A stretch of DNA of 64,000 nt from Candidatus Thorarchaeota archaeon (GCA_011364985.1 RDOC01000004.1:96001-160000), one strand, 5' to 3'; shown: positions 9,964 through 20,657, counted from the stretch's first letter. The notes: generated from the letters alone by a model not told the origin. Made by a program: numbers and translations.

Positions 9964-11814
9964 CTAAACAGAGAATTCGGATACGCGAAGGTCTGTCCTG
10001 CTGTTGAAAATGATATAGACTGGAATTGCAGCAAGAACCACCACAAGCAGTAGAGCGACAATGGTTATCATCATGGTGAAAGGAAGATACAGAAGTGATG
10101 GCACCGCGGCTTCAGGGACGAGGAAGTAAATACTGAAGATAGCCGCAAATACAACTCCGGGAAATCCTGCTTGAAGACCGATACTCACTCCTTCTGCTAT
10201 CATAGTTCTTGCTATGAAAGCGGGCTTTGCTCCGATGGAACGCATTATGACATAATCGCGGAATCTGCCAAAAACTGATACAAGCAAGTAGTTCATTAGC
10301 GATAGGAAAGCACCAAACAGGGCGATAAGAGGCAACGGCTGTAGCAGCGCCCAAAAGGAGCCAACAACTTGTAGGTTCTCCTCGATGACTGACTCTTGTT
10401 CGAAGATTCTCAGTCCATAGCTAGAAGCTAGTGATTCAATTGTACTGATAGAGGACCTATCATTCTGATAGAGCTGCAAGAGGAGCAGATTTGGTCCTGA
10501 GATAGGATACAGCTCCTGCATTTTCCCATAGCTGATAAAAGCCACATCTCCGCCGTTAATGACATCAAAAGCAATGGCCGTGATATCAAAAGCTGAGCCC
10601 TCAACTCCAATGCTCTGAATCAATGGATCAGTAAAAAGCCTTGAAGCCAATTCTCCACCAATCCAGGCATGATATGATGCATTTGCGCGATTGCCCTCAT
10701 AATACCAGTCGGATATTGTGTTCTGCCAATTAATGCCAACCACAAGAGCGCTTCCCGAACGTTCTTCACCGATCAATTCCCAATCACCAATTGTCGGATT
10801 CCATAGAATTCCGGCACCTTCCGTGACTGCTGAATATGTCACAATACGGGATTCTATTGCTTGGACATTCGACAGCTCCTCAAGATCTGCTATGAGAGAA
10901 GAGGGAATTCTATAAGAGTCATACGCGAAATCGAAACTATTGTTTAGCTTTGACCCGCTAAGTGAGTATGCGTTGTAATATTGCTTGAGGAGATCGCCAT
11001 TCCCAATGGCGATGACATCAGAACCCATAGAGCGGATAATGTATGCATCTGTGGTGGCTTCAACAACTCCACCACCAATCCAAAGCACTGACGCAAGAGA
11101 AATACTCAGAAAGAGTGAAAGAAGTGTGCGTCGTGCGCCTTTGATTCTCCGTCCAGAAGCCTTAGTGGCAATTCTAAAGGGCAGTCCAAATGAATCGAGG
11201 AAGCCAACTCTGCGTACCTTCGACCCAACTTCAGGATTAAGGGCATCAATAGGAGATTCGTGTACTGTGTCATAAATTGGCTTTTGCGCAGCGAAGAATC
11301 CGGTTATCAAAAAGATTGCCGCAAGGAACACAACCTGAAGAATTGGAAAATTAAAGGTGAATGCTATAGTAGGAACAACAGACGCCAACCAAACAAGGCC
11401 GGCCAAGTAAATCACAGTACCTATTCCGATTCCCAGAATAACGCTTGCTCCCAAGAGCATCACTGCTTGAGCCATAAAATGGTCAAACAGGGTGTCCATT
11501 AAGGTCCCTACAGCCTTCATCAATCCAATATCCTTGCGCCGAGCAACCATCTCCAAGGATATTGTACTTGAAACAACTACAGCTCCAAGAATTAGGACGA
11601 GGATTAAAGTTGCCCAGATGAAGGTTTCCAGGAAGACACCAAGAGAGGTGGTGGTTCCCGTTGACGTCACAAATGATGTAACATCAAGAAGTACATTTCC
11701 GAAAAGGAACAAGAAGGTTGTTGCTGCCACAACAGAAACCATTGAGAGGAGTATGAGGGTGCTCCTGAAAGGCCTCCGCTTTAAGTCCTTGGAAGCATAG
11801 TCTTGTTCAGACAT
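9964..11814 (-). CDS. FtsX/MacB-type ABC transporter permease
   Basis: Two FtsX-type repeats (RRKDIGLMKAVG; RFRDYVIMRSIGA) and multiple TM helices. Confidence 0.85.
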   Translation of the reverse strand: MSEQDYASKDLKRRPFRSTLILLSMVSVVAATTFLFLFGNVLLDVTSFVTSTGTTTSLGVFLETFIWATLILVLILGAVVVSSTISLEMVARRKDIGLMKAVGTLMDTLFDHFMAQAVMLLGASVILGIGIGTVIYLAGLVWLASVVPTIAFTFNFPILQVVFLAAIFLITGFFAAQKPIYDTVHESPIDALNPEVGSKVRRVGFLDSFGLPFRIATKASGRRIKGARRTLLSLFLSISLASVLWIGGGVVEATTDAYIIRSMGSDVIAIGNGDLLKQYYNAYSLSGSKLNNSFDFAYDSYRIPSSLIADLEELSNVQAIESRIVTYSAVTEGAGILWNPTIGDWELIGEERSGSALVVGINWQNTISDWYYEGNRANASYHAWIGGELASRLFTDPLIQSIGVEGSAFDITAIAFDVINGGDVAFISYGKMQELYPISGPNLLLLQLYQNDRSSISTIESLASSYGLRIFEQESVIEENLQVVGSFWALLQPLPLIALFGAFLSLMNYLLVSVFGRFRDYVIMRSIGAKPAFIARTMIAEGVSIGLQAGFPGVVFAAIFSIYFLVPEAAVPSLLYLPFTMMITIVALLLVVVLAAIPVYIIFNSRTDLRVSEFSV

Positions 11815-12556
11815 CTTGCGTTAGCACTCCATTCTCCATTCTGAACTGTTTGGCTCCCTTTGTGTTCACAATCTTCTCGTCATGAGTCATTGTTATGACT
11901 GCCTTACCATCTCGATGTGCTTTTCTTAGAATATCTCGGACCATCTCTGCACTCACAGCATCAAGATTGGCGGTCGGCTCATCGGCTAGTATTATAGGAG
12001 GGTCGTTTGCCAGGGCTCGTGCAATGGCTACCCGCTGCTGTTCGCCTGCAGACAGCTGCCAAGGTAAATGATCTGCCCGTTCATCCAGTTTCACAAGCTT
12101 AAGCAATGCAAGGGCATCTTCCTCAAGCTCCTTTATCGGACGGTCAGTCAGCTGCATTGGGAACATTACATTCTCCAAAGCAGTTAATGTGGAAACTAAA
12201 TTATAGTTTTGAAAGATGAAGCCGGTATTCGCAAGTCGGAAAGTGGCCCTGAAAGACTCATCATAGTCGCCAATGGTGACATCCATGACAAAGACGGTTC
12301 CAGATGTGACATAGTCAATTGCACCAATGACATTCAAAAGAGTGGTCTTGCCAGACCCTGAAGGCCCAGATACTGCAACAAATTCGCCAGGGCGGATTTC
12401 CAAATTCACGTTTCTTAGTGCAGAAATCTCCCTGTTGCCAATGGTATAATTCCTTGACACATCGACCAGCCGCACTGCAAAATTCACAGATTCGTCATCG
12501 TCGACTTCAACTTCGTCGTAGGGGATATCATCATCCCAAGAATCATCACCGGCCAT
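11807..12556 (-). CDS. ABC transporter ATP-binding protein (LolD/MacB type)
   Basis: [31 protein letters not shown]. Confidence 0.93.
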   Translation of the reverse strand: MAGDDSWDDDIPYDEVEVDDDESVNFAVRLVDVSRNYTIGNREISALRNVNLEIRPGEFVAVSGPSGSGKTTLLNVIGAIDYVTSGTVFVMDVTIGDYDESFRATFRLANTGFIFQNYNLVSTLTALENVMFPMQLTDRPIKELEEDALALLKLVKLDERADHLPWQLSAGEQQRVAIARALANDPPIILADEPTANLDAVSAEMVRDILRKAHRDGKAVITMTHDEKIVNTKGAKQFRMENGVLTQDV

Positions 12557-12654
12557 AGTCAGTATCAACTCAGCAAATCTGATTCTGTCCCTATTCAAGG
12601 AGGGCGCTGCTTTGGGCAGCGTTCACTAACAAGATAAGGATAGAGGTTAGGCAG

Positions 12655-13416
12655 TCATTGTACTAGTAATCCATTAACAGTAATAGCTGATTTTGCCCAA
12701 TCGGTCAATACAAGCGGCTTTTCTCTTCCAAAGACCTTGATGGTTCTTAGGACATCTTCCTCCAACAGACCACCGACATAGTATGACACAAGGCTCTTTT
12801 CAATCGAGAGCGTTCGGCTTAGTTCAGCCTGAGTGATTCTACCATTTGCCATGCATGCATCAAGAATCGATTTGATTGTAGGATTAGTGAACATTGATGC
12901 CAGTTTCAGAACTTGATCATCGGGGGAGTAGCCCCTGATAAAGAGATGGCGGGCATTTCCATTTCTAACTGATAGTACAGATCCATCTCGTTCAAGATTT
13001 CTTAGATGATACTGCAGTGCACCCATGGCACATCCAACCTGCCTATGAAGTTCCCTCAGATGGATTCCTGGATTCTGGGAGATTTCTTCTACAATACGGT
13101 CACGTAACTTCAGGACTTTTTCTTCACGACGTTCCAGAGAAATCGTGCCAAGAGCCAGAAAGATGGCACCTGCAGATAGTTTGATGTTATATTCCATAGG
13201 CAGAACAACCAGCGTTCCACCAATCACACTCATACCGGCACTTGTTGTTCCATTCAAGCTTATCTGGGATAGAAAGCTATCTGACCACGACAAATCCTGA
13301 ACAAGAAGCTGATCACTTCCTTGGCCGACGCCAGACATTGCAAGACTGGCCATACCTGAGAACAGAAACAGGAATGAGAGTGCAATTAGAGATTTTCGTA
13401 CTCTTGTAGATGGCAT
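12655..13416 (-). CDS. membrane-anchored double winged-helix transcriptional regulator
   Basis: N-terminal TM segments, then NPGIHLRELHR...LQYHL..LE and a second wHTH (ITQAELSRTL). Confidence 0.75.
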   Translation of the reverse strand: MPSTRVRKSLIALSFLFLFSGMASLAMSGVGQGSDQLLVQDLSWSDSFLSQISLNGTTSAGMSVIGGTLVVLPMEYNIKLSAGAIFLALGTISLERREEKVLKLRDRIVEEISQNPGIHLRELHRQVGCAMGALQYHLRNLERDGSVLSVRNGNARHLFIRGYSPDDQVLKLASMFTNPTIKSILDACMANGRITQAELSRTLSIEKSLVSYYVGGLLEEDVLRTIKVFGREKPLVLTDWAKSAITVNGLLVQ

Positions 13417-13494
13417 GGCCTTCTCTCCATTATGATACTCTTGTGGAGTACATAGTTAAGCAATATGTATGAAGAACAGTTGTACTAATGAATC

Positions 13495-14043
13495 CTATCC
13501 TCTGGGTGGATAGGACAAGGTGATCTTGAACCTGCAGGCATCAGCTTTGACAGACATGCATGTTTCTTCGGTAACCACTAGTTTCTCATATTGAATTCTA
13601 TTAAAGTCAGTTAGGTACTCCATAACTGCTTCAATGAAACCTCTCAAGAAATAGCAGGAGGGTTCTTCACTCTCATAACCAGATGCATACGGATTGTCCT
13701 TGATTCTAATAACAGCCTCTTCGTCAAGGAAGAGCTTGTACAAGTTCTCAATCTCCACATCCCCAAATGGAACGATTAGGGTTCCTAGAGCTGTCTTGAT
13801 GAACTCGACGATTCCCTTGAAGTCACCGGGCGGCTTCTGCTTACCAATCTTGAAGTACTCGCGTTGTGCTTCGAGACCCGCAAGACGACCGGCGCTGTAA
13901 TAGAGATCTTTCACACGGTCTGGAAACATAACTGCTATTCGCGAACCAATCTTGTTCCAAGTCTTGGAGAAAAACGCCGACATTAATTCACGTTCCTTAA
14001 GGCGACCTTGCCACCAAGGTATAATATCGTCCGGTTTAGACAT
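13495..14043 (-). CDS. V4R-domain (Bet3/TRAPP-related fold) protein
   Basis: C.FLRGFIEA...E.TC......C.F.I V4R pattern. Confidence 0.75.
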   Translation of the reverse strand: MSKPDDIIPWWQGRLKERELMSAFFSKTWNKIGSRIAVMFPDRVKDLYYSAGRLAGLEAQREYFKIGKQKPPGDFKGIVEFIKTALGTLIVPFGDVEIENLYKLFLDEEAVIRIKDNPYASGYESEEPSCYFLRGFIEAVMEYLTDFNRIQYEKLVVTEETCMSVKADACRFKITLSYPPRG

Positions 14044-14103
14044 CTAATCGACTCCGAAGAACGAAATACAGAGAGGAGTTAAGTGCTTTGTGTTGATTCC
14101 CCT

Positions 14104-14574
14104 CTATAAGCGAATATTCCATGTGCAGCTGCCCGCTCCTGTTGCTCTGCACGATTCCTGGAACACTTCTGCCTCCACCCCTTTGAAACGTAGAATAGCC
14201 TCAACTATCCCACTAAAGCCTTCACAATATCCAAATCCACGCATGCCTTCCAATGTGACATCTTGACACCATACGCACTCATCATCTGTTACACGAACAG
14301 ACCCTCGCGCAGTCTTCATGTCAATATCTGTTGGCTTCTTGTTGAAGAGCACCTTGTATATGGTTTCAACTAGCTTCGATACATCCTCGCGTGTCATGAC
14401 GGTATCTTTCGTTTTTTCTGCAATCTCAGTATTTAGATAAATGTGGGACCCCATTTCACGCCCCAGTTCCCGCAGTCGTTCATTTGCGTCCTCAATATTG
14501 TCTGTTTCTGCAAGAATTCCATCGACCCATTGCGCGTAGAGACTCAAGAGCAACGGATTTTCGATTTTCGCCAT
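14104..14574 (-). CDS. Bet3/TRAPP-like V4R protein
   Basis: L.ELG.EMG..I, C.WC, YC...SGIVEAIL...G, ESC.ATG...C.W; AGGAGG RBS. Confidence 0.75.
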   Translation of the reverse strand: MAKIENPLLLSLYAQWVDGILAETDNIEDANERLRELGREMGSHIYLNTEIAEKTKDTVMTREDVSKLVETIYKVLFNKKPTDIDMKTARGSVRVTDDECVWCQDVTLEGMRGFGYCEGFSGIVEAILRFKGVEAEVFQESCRATGAGSCTWNIRL

Positions 14575-14587
14575 TTCTAAGGACCTC

Positions 14588-15580
14588 CTAAACAGTCTTA
14601 CCAATCAACTTGATTCCATACTTCTTGTTTCTGGCTATCGCTTGAATGACCTTAGCATGAGGGATATTCATTGCTTCAGCAATCTCTTCTGTCGTTTTCG
14701 TGCCATCACAGTGACGAATAATGTCAGCGTCTGGTCCTCTGATTTTGCTGATATCGCCTTCGAACTCAGGGCATTTTACGAACTTGCCTATTTTGGAATC
14801 TGCAGTCTGGGAAACTTCGACAACTTCTGGAACTTCAACAATGCTTTGCCCAGCCGCCCACTTTAGAAGCTCGATTACACGTTCGTTTGGTTGAAACATA
14901 GTATCAGCAATCTGAGTGGCAGATTTTGTGCCGTCAACAAGCATCAATACATCAAATCCAAAGTTTCGGTACATGCTCTTCATCTCCTTGTAGAGGGGAG
15001 AGTCAAGAGACAAAGCCGTTGAGTAGGTAGATCCTCTTTTGGGTATCGTTGCAGGTAGAATGTTATAGTCGGCGGGGGTCTTGGCCTCGGCTGGTGTATC
15101 CGCAACCTCTGCAACAGGTTCATATGATGCGTTCTCTATCGAATTCGTTACATCCACAACCGGTTCAGTCGAAGCTGTCGATGCAGCTTCCAAAGCAATA
15201 CTCTCCAAGACCTGAAGGTTTGATTCCGCGGATTCTTCAAAATCATCTGGGGGTGGAGGCAGTTCGATTCCCTCTAATAACCTGAGAACATTCTTTGTTT
15301 TTGCAATAGCAAGCCCCAGCTGAAGCTCTGGGACATATAGCACTGTGAGAATCCAGTTTTCGTCAACCGGTGATAGAACCACAAGTCCTTTTTCGGTATC
15401 AATTGTCATCAGTCGCAAGTCGCTTTTGTAGAGGGTAATACTATCCTTGACTCTGGGAAAGAGGTCATCTGGAAAAGAAAAGCTGACAAAGGGACGACCA
15501 GTCTTTGTCATCAAGGAATAGCCTAGAACTTGATCATCAAATCGGAGCTTCGATAAAGCTCGTTCCAAATCGGTTGCCAT
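14588..15580 (-). CDS. roadblock/longin-like N-domain plus two C-terminal wHTH repeats (paralog of 17524-18474)
   Basis: N-terminus LERALSKLRFDDQVLGYSLMT..G.PFVSFS; acidic/Pro linker; two DGTK...IA repeats. Confidence 0.6.
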   Translation of the reverse strand: MATDLERALSKLRFDDQVLGYSLMTKTGRPFVSFSFPDDLFPRVKDSITLYKSDLRLMTIDTEKGLVVLSPVDENWILTVLYVPELQLGLAIAKTKNVLRLLEGIELPPPPDDFEESAESNLQVLESIALEAASTASTEPVVDVTNSIENASYEPVAEVADTPAEAKTPADYNILPATIPKRGSTYSTALSLDSPLYKEMKSMYRNFGFDVLMLVDGTKSATQIADTMFQPNERVIELLKWAAGQSIVEVPEVVEVSQTADSKIGKFVKCPEFEGDISKIRGPDADIIRHCDGTKTTEEIAEAMNIPHAKVIQAIARNKKYGIKLIGKTV

Positions 15581-15799
15581 ACTTGGGTACCTCACTGTCA
15601 CTGCGGATTGAGAAAGACCTGCTGGACATGTTATTCTTTCTTGGTGGTCTGAAAAGCATTTTGGTGGCATATGTTCCCACAGCAATGCCGTATTTGCAGT
15701 CTGGGTGCGTTTGCTACGTGAGGAATCCAAAATGGCAGAAAGCATTAAGAGAGGATTTGATAGCTCAACCATAGAGCGAGTTACTAGGAAGTTTGCACA

Positions 15800-16327
15800 A
15801 TGAGAAACATTGTCGGAGGAGCAGCTGCTGCCTTGATTGGGTCACTGATTCTAGGAGGAATTTTCATTGGCGCTGATATTCTGAGACGGACCTACCCTCT
15901 GATTCTTGAAACCGACTTTACGCTTCCCTTGGTACTTACATGGTTGCTTCTCGGATCTGTTTCAGGTCTGTTTTCCAATTCACCTTGGAACACTGTGCGT
16001 ACAGCCGTTTGGATAGGCACCTGTCTTGGTTTACTTTCAGTCATTAGCATTCTCTCTGTCACTCCAGAGTTCTGGACAAGTCCAGATAGAAACCTCGCAC
16101 TTCTACTAATCTTCATCAGTGCAATAGTGACATCCCTTCTGACAATCCCGACAGCCATTGCAATCATTCTGGTTAAGAGAAGACTCTTTAGGGACCAAGA
16201 AAAACCGCCTCCGGAGAAGATAGAATCGGTCTGCTCCGCGTGCGGTGCAGTCTTCAAGTCAGTACCCATTTTATGTTCGGAATGTGGTGCCTTGATGGAA
16301 AACGAACAACGGCCGCAGACGAAATAG
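15800..16327 (+). CDS. 4-TM membrane protein with C-terminal Zn ribbon
   Basis: Hydrophobic helices; CSACG...CSECG. Confidence 0.7.
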   Translation: MRNIVGGAAAALIGSLILGGIFIGADILRRTYPLILETDFTLPLVLTWLLLGSVSGLFSNSPWNTVRTAVWIGTCLGLLSVISILSVTPEFWTSPDRNLALLLIFISAIVTSLLTIPTAIAIILVKRRLFRDQEKPPPEKIESVCSACGAVFKSVPILCSECGALMENEQRPQTK

Positions 16328-16328
16328 A

Positions 16329-16895
16329 CTAGCGTTCTCTGGTTATGCCACCACCAAGAAGACCACCAATCACCGCAGCAATTCCAGGATAGAGCAGCCC
16401 TTCAAGTGCTGCTTGGAGGATGAGCATTGAGCCTCCACCGAACAAAAGCTCAATGTCACCAGACTGAATAAAGAAGAAGAGAAGCCAAGTCAGAAATGCA
16501 CCGATTATGACAGCAAACACAGCAGCAAGGATTCCTTGCAAGAAGTCTCTGGCTAGAAGACCAGCAATCAGTCCACCGGCCCCCCAAGCCAATGCCATAA
16601 GGACAGTAGCGCTTTGAGCACCATAGGTTAAGATCTGTCCAAGACTTGTGGATCCAAGAGTTGAGGGATAGAGAACAGTTCCGACCACCGCAAGTCTTGC
16701 CTCCAAATCCATATGCAGGTAGAAGTCGTCTACAATGGCGCTGGATATGAGATCTTCCGGCATGGAACCTCCAAAGGTCAGAATTACAAAAGCAATTGCA
16801 AATGCGGCAATCAATCCAGCAATAGTTCCTGCACCTTGACCCAAGGGATGACCTCCATCTGAACCGTATCTTCTAGTTTGTTTCCGATTGGGCAT
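16329..16895 (-). CDS. Gly-rich membrane protein
   Basis: Multiple Gly/Ala-rich TM helices. Confidence 0.7.
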   Translation of the reverse strand: MPNRKQTRRYGSDGGHPLGQGAGTIAGLIAAFAIAFVILTFGGSMPEDLISSAIVDDFYLHMDLEARLAVVGTVLYPSTLGSTSLGQILTYGAQSATVLMALAWGAGGLIAGLLARDFLQGILAAVFAVIIGAFLTWLLFFFIQSGDIELLFGGGSMLILQAALEGLLYPGIAAVIGGLLGGGITRER

Positions 16896-17001
16896 ATTTT
16901 AACATATGCACTACGGCTTCTTCCGATCTGGATCCTTGGCATACTCATTGTAAGCTTAGGCAACCAGTCATATTGGATATGTTTGAACTCTGGGTAGTTC
17001 A

Positions 17002-17508
17002 CTATCTCAATCGGAGAATCCATGTACAGACGGCATCGCCCAGTGCCTTGCAGGATTCTTGGTAGGCTTCGGCATTGAAGCCTCTCAGCTCCATTACGGC
17101 ATCGAAGACCCCACTGAGAATTGCGCAGTACTGAAGACCAGGCATATCAGTGATTTCGACTCCAGCACATATTGGGCAGTTGGCATCTGTGAATTTTATG
17201 ACACGTTGGTCATCACTTATCCAAATACTAGTAAATTCCTGACCTGAGTTGACCTTGTAGGCTAGCTGAAGTGTATTTGCAAATTCCACGAATTCACCAG
17301 CATGCTCACGTATCTTGTCGGCATAGTCCATCAGTAGTGTCTCGCCAACTTTGAAGCCAATGCTTTGCATAGCCCTATTAACTTCATCAACATTGCTGCT
17401 CTGAGTCATTAAGTTGTTCATTAGCTCACGATAGGTTGCTTGGAAAAGCGTCTTCGAAACCTTATCGATTTTGAGATGCCATCCCATCTTCCCCTTGATT
17501 CCCATCAT
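17002..17508 (-). CDS. Bet3/TRAPP-like V4R protein (paralog of 14104-14574)
   Basis: M.SIGFKVGE.L, CPIC, YCAILSGVFDAV...G, ESCKALG...CTWILRL. Confidence 0.75.
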   Translation of the reverse strand: MMGIKGKMGWHLKIDKVSKTLFQATYRELMNNLMTQSSNVDEVNRAMQSIGFKVGETLLMDYADKIREHAGEFVEFANTLQLAYKVNSGQEFTSIWISDDQRVIKFTDANCPICAGVEITDMPGLQYCAILSGVFDAVMELRGFNAEAYQESCKALGDAVCTWILRLR

Positions 17509-17523
17509 TCATTACCTCTTTTG

Positions 17524-18474
17524 TTATTCTTGAGACCTCTTACTTCGTTTAACAAAGCGAAGCGTCTTTCCGCGATAGGCTACTGTGCTCTGTAAGGCTT
17601 TGAAGTAGGAGATATTGAGTTCTTTCGCTATCTCCTGTAAACTACGCCCACCATTACACAACGCGAGCACAGGTCTATGTTCCTTTTTTGTCTTTTTGAT
17701 GTCGCCTTCAAAGAGTGGGAGTTCAACAATTTCAATGGAGCCTGCTTCTTGCTCTTCAGGGCACTCTGTATCCACGATTTCTTCTGCAAAGCACCATCTA
17801 ATAACCTCAAGGATTTGCTCCACGGACTTGTTCAAGACATCGGCAATCTTGTATACACTTCGCTTCTCATCAGCCATCAACAAGACATCAACTGCCAGAT
17901 TAGAGAACTTGGACTTCAGCTTCTTGTTCAATTCTGTTTCAAGACTCATTGCCTCAGAATAACGTTCACCACGAAGAACAAGACAGCCATGCCTGATCTC
18001 TACTGGTTTGGGCTCCTTTTCGGTCGGAGTTGTATCAGCCGCGCGTATGCCTTCAATCATAAAGGGTTCCATCTGTTCTTGACTGGACTCGTCTGCCTGA
18101 CCAATGGAGGATAACCCTGCTGCGGATGTTGTCGTTTCAGATGGTTTCGGAGGCGGCGGCAGAACGACTTCATCCATTAGATCAACAACGCTTTTTGTCT
18201 TTTGAAGCGCCTCTCCAAGTTGCAGGTCTGCAGAGAATAGAACAGCCAAAACCCAATTCTCATCAACTCTGGCGAGAACTACAATTCCTCTACCTGTCAT
18301 GACATTCATCAGCTTGAATGACGCCGCATGTATCTTCAATGTACCTTGAATCTGCGGTAGAACTTCATCTGGTAGAGAGAACGAGAGAAATGGATGACCG
18401 TCATTTGTAATGAGCGCATATCCACTAACAGCTTCATCGAATTTCAGCTTTGTAAGGACGCGCTCTAGTTCCAT
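17524..18474 (-). CDS. roadblock/longin-like N-domain plus two wHTH repeats (paralog of 14588-15580)
   Basis: LERVLTKLKFDEAVSGYALIT.DG.PFLSFS; C-terminal CNGGRSLQEIAKEL. Confidence 0.6.
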   Translation of the reverse strand: MELERVLTKLKFDEAVSGYALITNDGHPFLSFSLPDEVLPQIQGTLKIHAASFKLMNVMTGRGIVVLARVDENWVLAVLFSADLQLGEALQKTKSVVDLMDEVVLPPPPKPSETTTSAAGLSSIGQADESSQEQMEPFMIEGIRAADTTPTEKEPKPVEIRHGCLVLRGERYSEAMSLETELNKKLKSKFSNLAVDVLLMADEKRSVYKIADVLNKSVEQILEVIRWCFAEEIVDTECPEEQEAGSIEIVELPLFEGDIKKTKKEHRPVLALCNGGRSLQEIAKELNISYFKALQSTVAYRGKTLRFVKRSKRSQE

Positions 18475-18520
18475 AGCGGTTCCACACCCACTTTCCTGTT
18501 TGGAGTAGGTTTACAGGATA

Positions 18521-19645
18521 TCAGGCTCTAAGAAGTTTTTCGTCGATGTCCTTCAGTAAGGGTTTCCCTAAGAGAAAGCTGATTACTTCTGATATAGATG
18601 GGTGAATTGCCTTTGGCGAAGCGATATAGAAGGCTGCAACAGCATTGGAGAGAATTAGACGGTCTCTAGCACTCATCTCAGCGAGGGTACCATAGATACT
18701 TCCAGAATTCCACGCGTCGCCTGCTCCGCAGGAAATCTTGGGCTTGGCTTGAAAGGCGGGTTGCACAACCGAAATGTCCTCTACGATTGTTGCCGCAAAA
18801 TCTGGCGTATGAAGATCAACACGTATGCTGGTTTCTTTGGACAAGTATTTTGCAGCCTTTATCCAGCTGGATGGACGAGATGTGTTTGTTCTCCAGCTCA
18901 GGTCTCTTCCTGCTAGAGCCCAAGCCAACCAAAGAACTTCATTTTCGTTAACGCTAAGGATGTCAATCTTGTCGGCGGACAGAACTCTGCCAGCTATAGG
19001 TTCGACAATGCTGGGATTGCTGGATGGATCTCCCATATCTAAGAAGGTGGTTGCTTTTGACTCATCCTTTACATATTCAAACAACTCATCCGCCAAGGTC
19101 GCAGGATCCTTGTTGTGGTTCATATTCAGTAGCGCGACAAGACTGCTTTTGCGGATTGCCTGCAGGTCGGGTTCGGTGAGTTCGGAAAATGTGAAATCTG
19201 CAGCCGAACCACTATCACTCACCATTAGATTCACCTGTCGTCCCCCATACTCAAGCTCAATTGAAACAGTTGAGGATAATCTGCCATCAGTGTGGATATG
19301 GGAGAGATCAAAATCAGGATCTATCAACGCACGGAGGAGCGAAGCGCCGTATTCATCTGTTGTGGCAACAAGGCAGGAATCTATCCCCAGCGAGAACAGA
19401 GCCGCCGCCAGATTTGCAGCATTTCCTCCTCGGCGAATGAACTGTGTAGTGCCCAATAGGTTACCTCCACCCTGTTTGGCCAGATTCTCTAGTCCTTCGA
19501 CCATTCCTTCGAGAGTATCTGCCACAACAAAGTGGTCTATGAAAAAATCGGGAAGAATGACCGGCTTCCCTACTTCCAAAGGAGTTTGTAGGATCTCTAT
19601 GAGCCGGGGGTAATCCAGCTCCAACACCTCCCTTAGCTGATTCAT
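18521..19645 (-). CDS. PfkB family carbohydrate/nucleoside kinase
   Basis: GGNAAN.A..L, NENE, GAGDAWNSG. Confidence 0.88.
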   Translation of the reverse strand: MNQLREVLELDYPRLIEILQTPLEVGKPVILPDFFIDHFVVADTLEGMVEGLENLAKQGGGNLLGTTQFIRRGGNAANLAAALFSLGIDSCLVATTDEYGASLLRALIDPDFDLSHIHTDGRLSSTVSIELEYGGRQVNLMVSDSGSAADFTFSELTEPDLQAIRKSSLVALLNMNHNKDPATLADELFEYVKDESKATTFLDMGDPSSNPSIVEPIAGRVLSADKIDILSVNENEVLWLAWALAGRDLSWRTNTSRPSSWIKAAKYLSKETSIRVDLHTPDFAATIVEDISVVQPAFQAKPKISCGAGDAWNSGSIYGTLAEMSARDRLILSNAVAAFYIASPKAIHPSISEVISFLLGKPLLKDIDEKLLRA

Positions 19646-19646
19646 T

Positions 19647-20129
19647 CTAGATCTTTTTCAGTGCTGCCTTCACCATTAGAGTGATTCGATCTTCATCAAT
19701 ACCAGTCTTCTTGGCGGTCTTCTCTATGTCACAGTAGGCAAGCTCGGAGAGGGATTTGATACCTGCTTCAAGCAGTGCTTGAGCCTCTTCCTTCTTCACT
19801 GCTCGAATTGAAGACAGCTCTGCCATGGCGTCATCGGAGGACACTTCCTTTGCTGCAGGTTTTGCTGCTTCGGCTAAGACTTCGTCGGCAAACTGCTCCA
19901 AGTCTTTAACGTATTGTTTCAGGACCTCAGTATTCTCTGGATAGGCCGTCTTGCGTCTTCTGTCAACAATAACACCCATTCGACGCGCCTCTGTTGCGGC
20001 CAATCCTGCTTCCTTGGTTTCACCAAGACTGAATCCTCGCCCTCTACGAAGTCTTGAGCCCTTTGGAGATTTTACAACAGATTCAGGAACATAATCGAAG
20101 CTCATGTAACAGCTCACCTGTCCGGCCAC
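19647..20129 (-). CDS. rpl13e: 50S ribosomal protein L13e with C-terminal HhH-like extension
   Basis: R.GRGFSLGE.KEAGL....AR.MG..VD.RRKT. Confidence 0.85.
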   Translation of the reverse strand: MAGQVSCYMSFDYVPESVVKSPKGSRLRRGRGFSLGETKEAGLAATEARRMGVIVDRRRKTAYPENTEVLKQYVKDLEQFADEVLAEAAKPAAKEVSSDDAMAELSSIRAVKKEEAQALLEAGIKSLSELAYCDIEKTAKKTGIDEDRITLMVKAALKKI

Positions 20130-20272
20130 TTGAGCCTGAGTATCGCTTATTAGGCTTTCGAGATGCCATTTTTCTGCGCATTACTCAACAATAATGTGCC
20201 GCAAACTGGTTTCTATCTTCCGACAAAGTAGAAATTCATAAGAAGCTTGACCAACTCAGGATCGGTGAATAA

Positions 20273-20587
20273 ATGATGCAAGCCGACAACGTCAAGGTGG
20301 AATTAGAGCATATGGAGATCCACATGGGGGATTTCAAAGGGTCTAAGCTGAAACTGAAGGGCAATGCAACATACGAAGACCTGATGTTAGTTCTTGACGG
20401 AGGTAAGACAAAGGTTCGGCTACATGCTCGTAACATAGGAAACGTCCATCTTGAGAAAAAAGGAATACGTATCGCTGCTATGAATTTCGAAATCAACGAG
20501 GGTGGCAACATTAGCACTGCAACTGGGTCCATTAGGCTAGAACTGGGATACGATGCAGAGGCATGGTACAAGGAACTCTGGGGATAA
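20273..20587 (+). CDS. hypothetical beta-rich protein
   Basis: 104-aa ORF with GGTGA RBS. Confidence 0.65.
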   Translation: MMQADNVKVELEHMEIHMGDFKGSKLKLKGNATYEDLMLVLDGGKTKVRLHARNIGNVHLEKKGIRIAAMNFEINEGGNISTATGSIRLELGYDAEAWYKELWG

Positions 20588-20657
20588 AGCGACTCTGGAA
20601 CATTTTTAAAACGTAATGAATTGGAAAGAACCCCACCAAGGTCAGGGGCATAAAGTA

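Noticed and set aside
18825-19613. 262-aa plus-strand ORF and other long antisense ORFs in the track
   Set aside because: They lie fully antisense to well-supported genes (here the PfkB kinase) and have no motifs; shadow ORFs.
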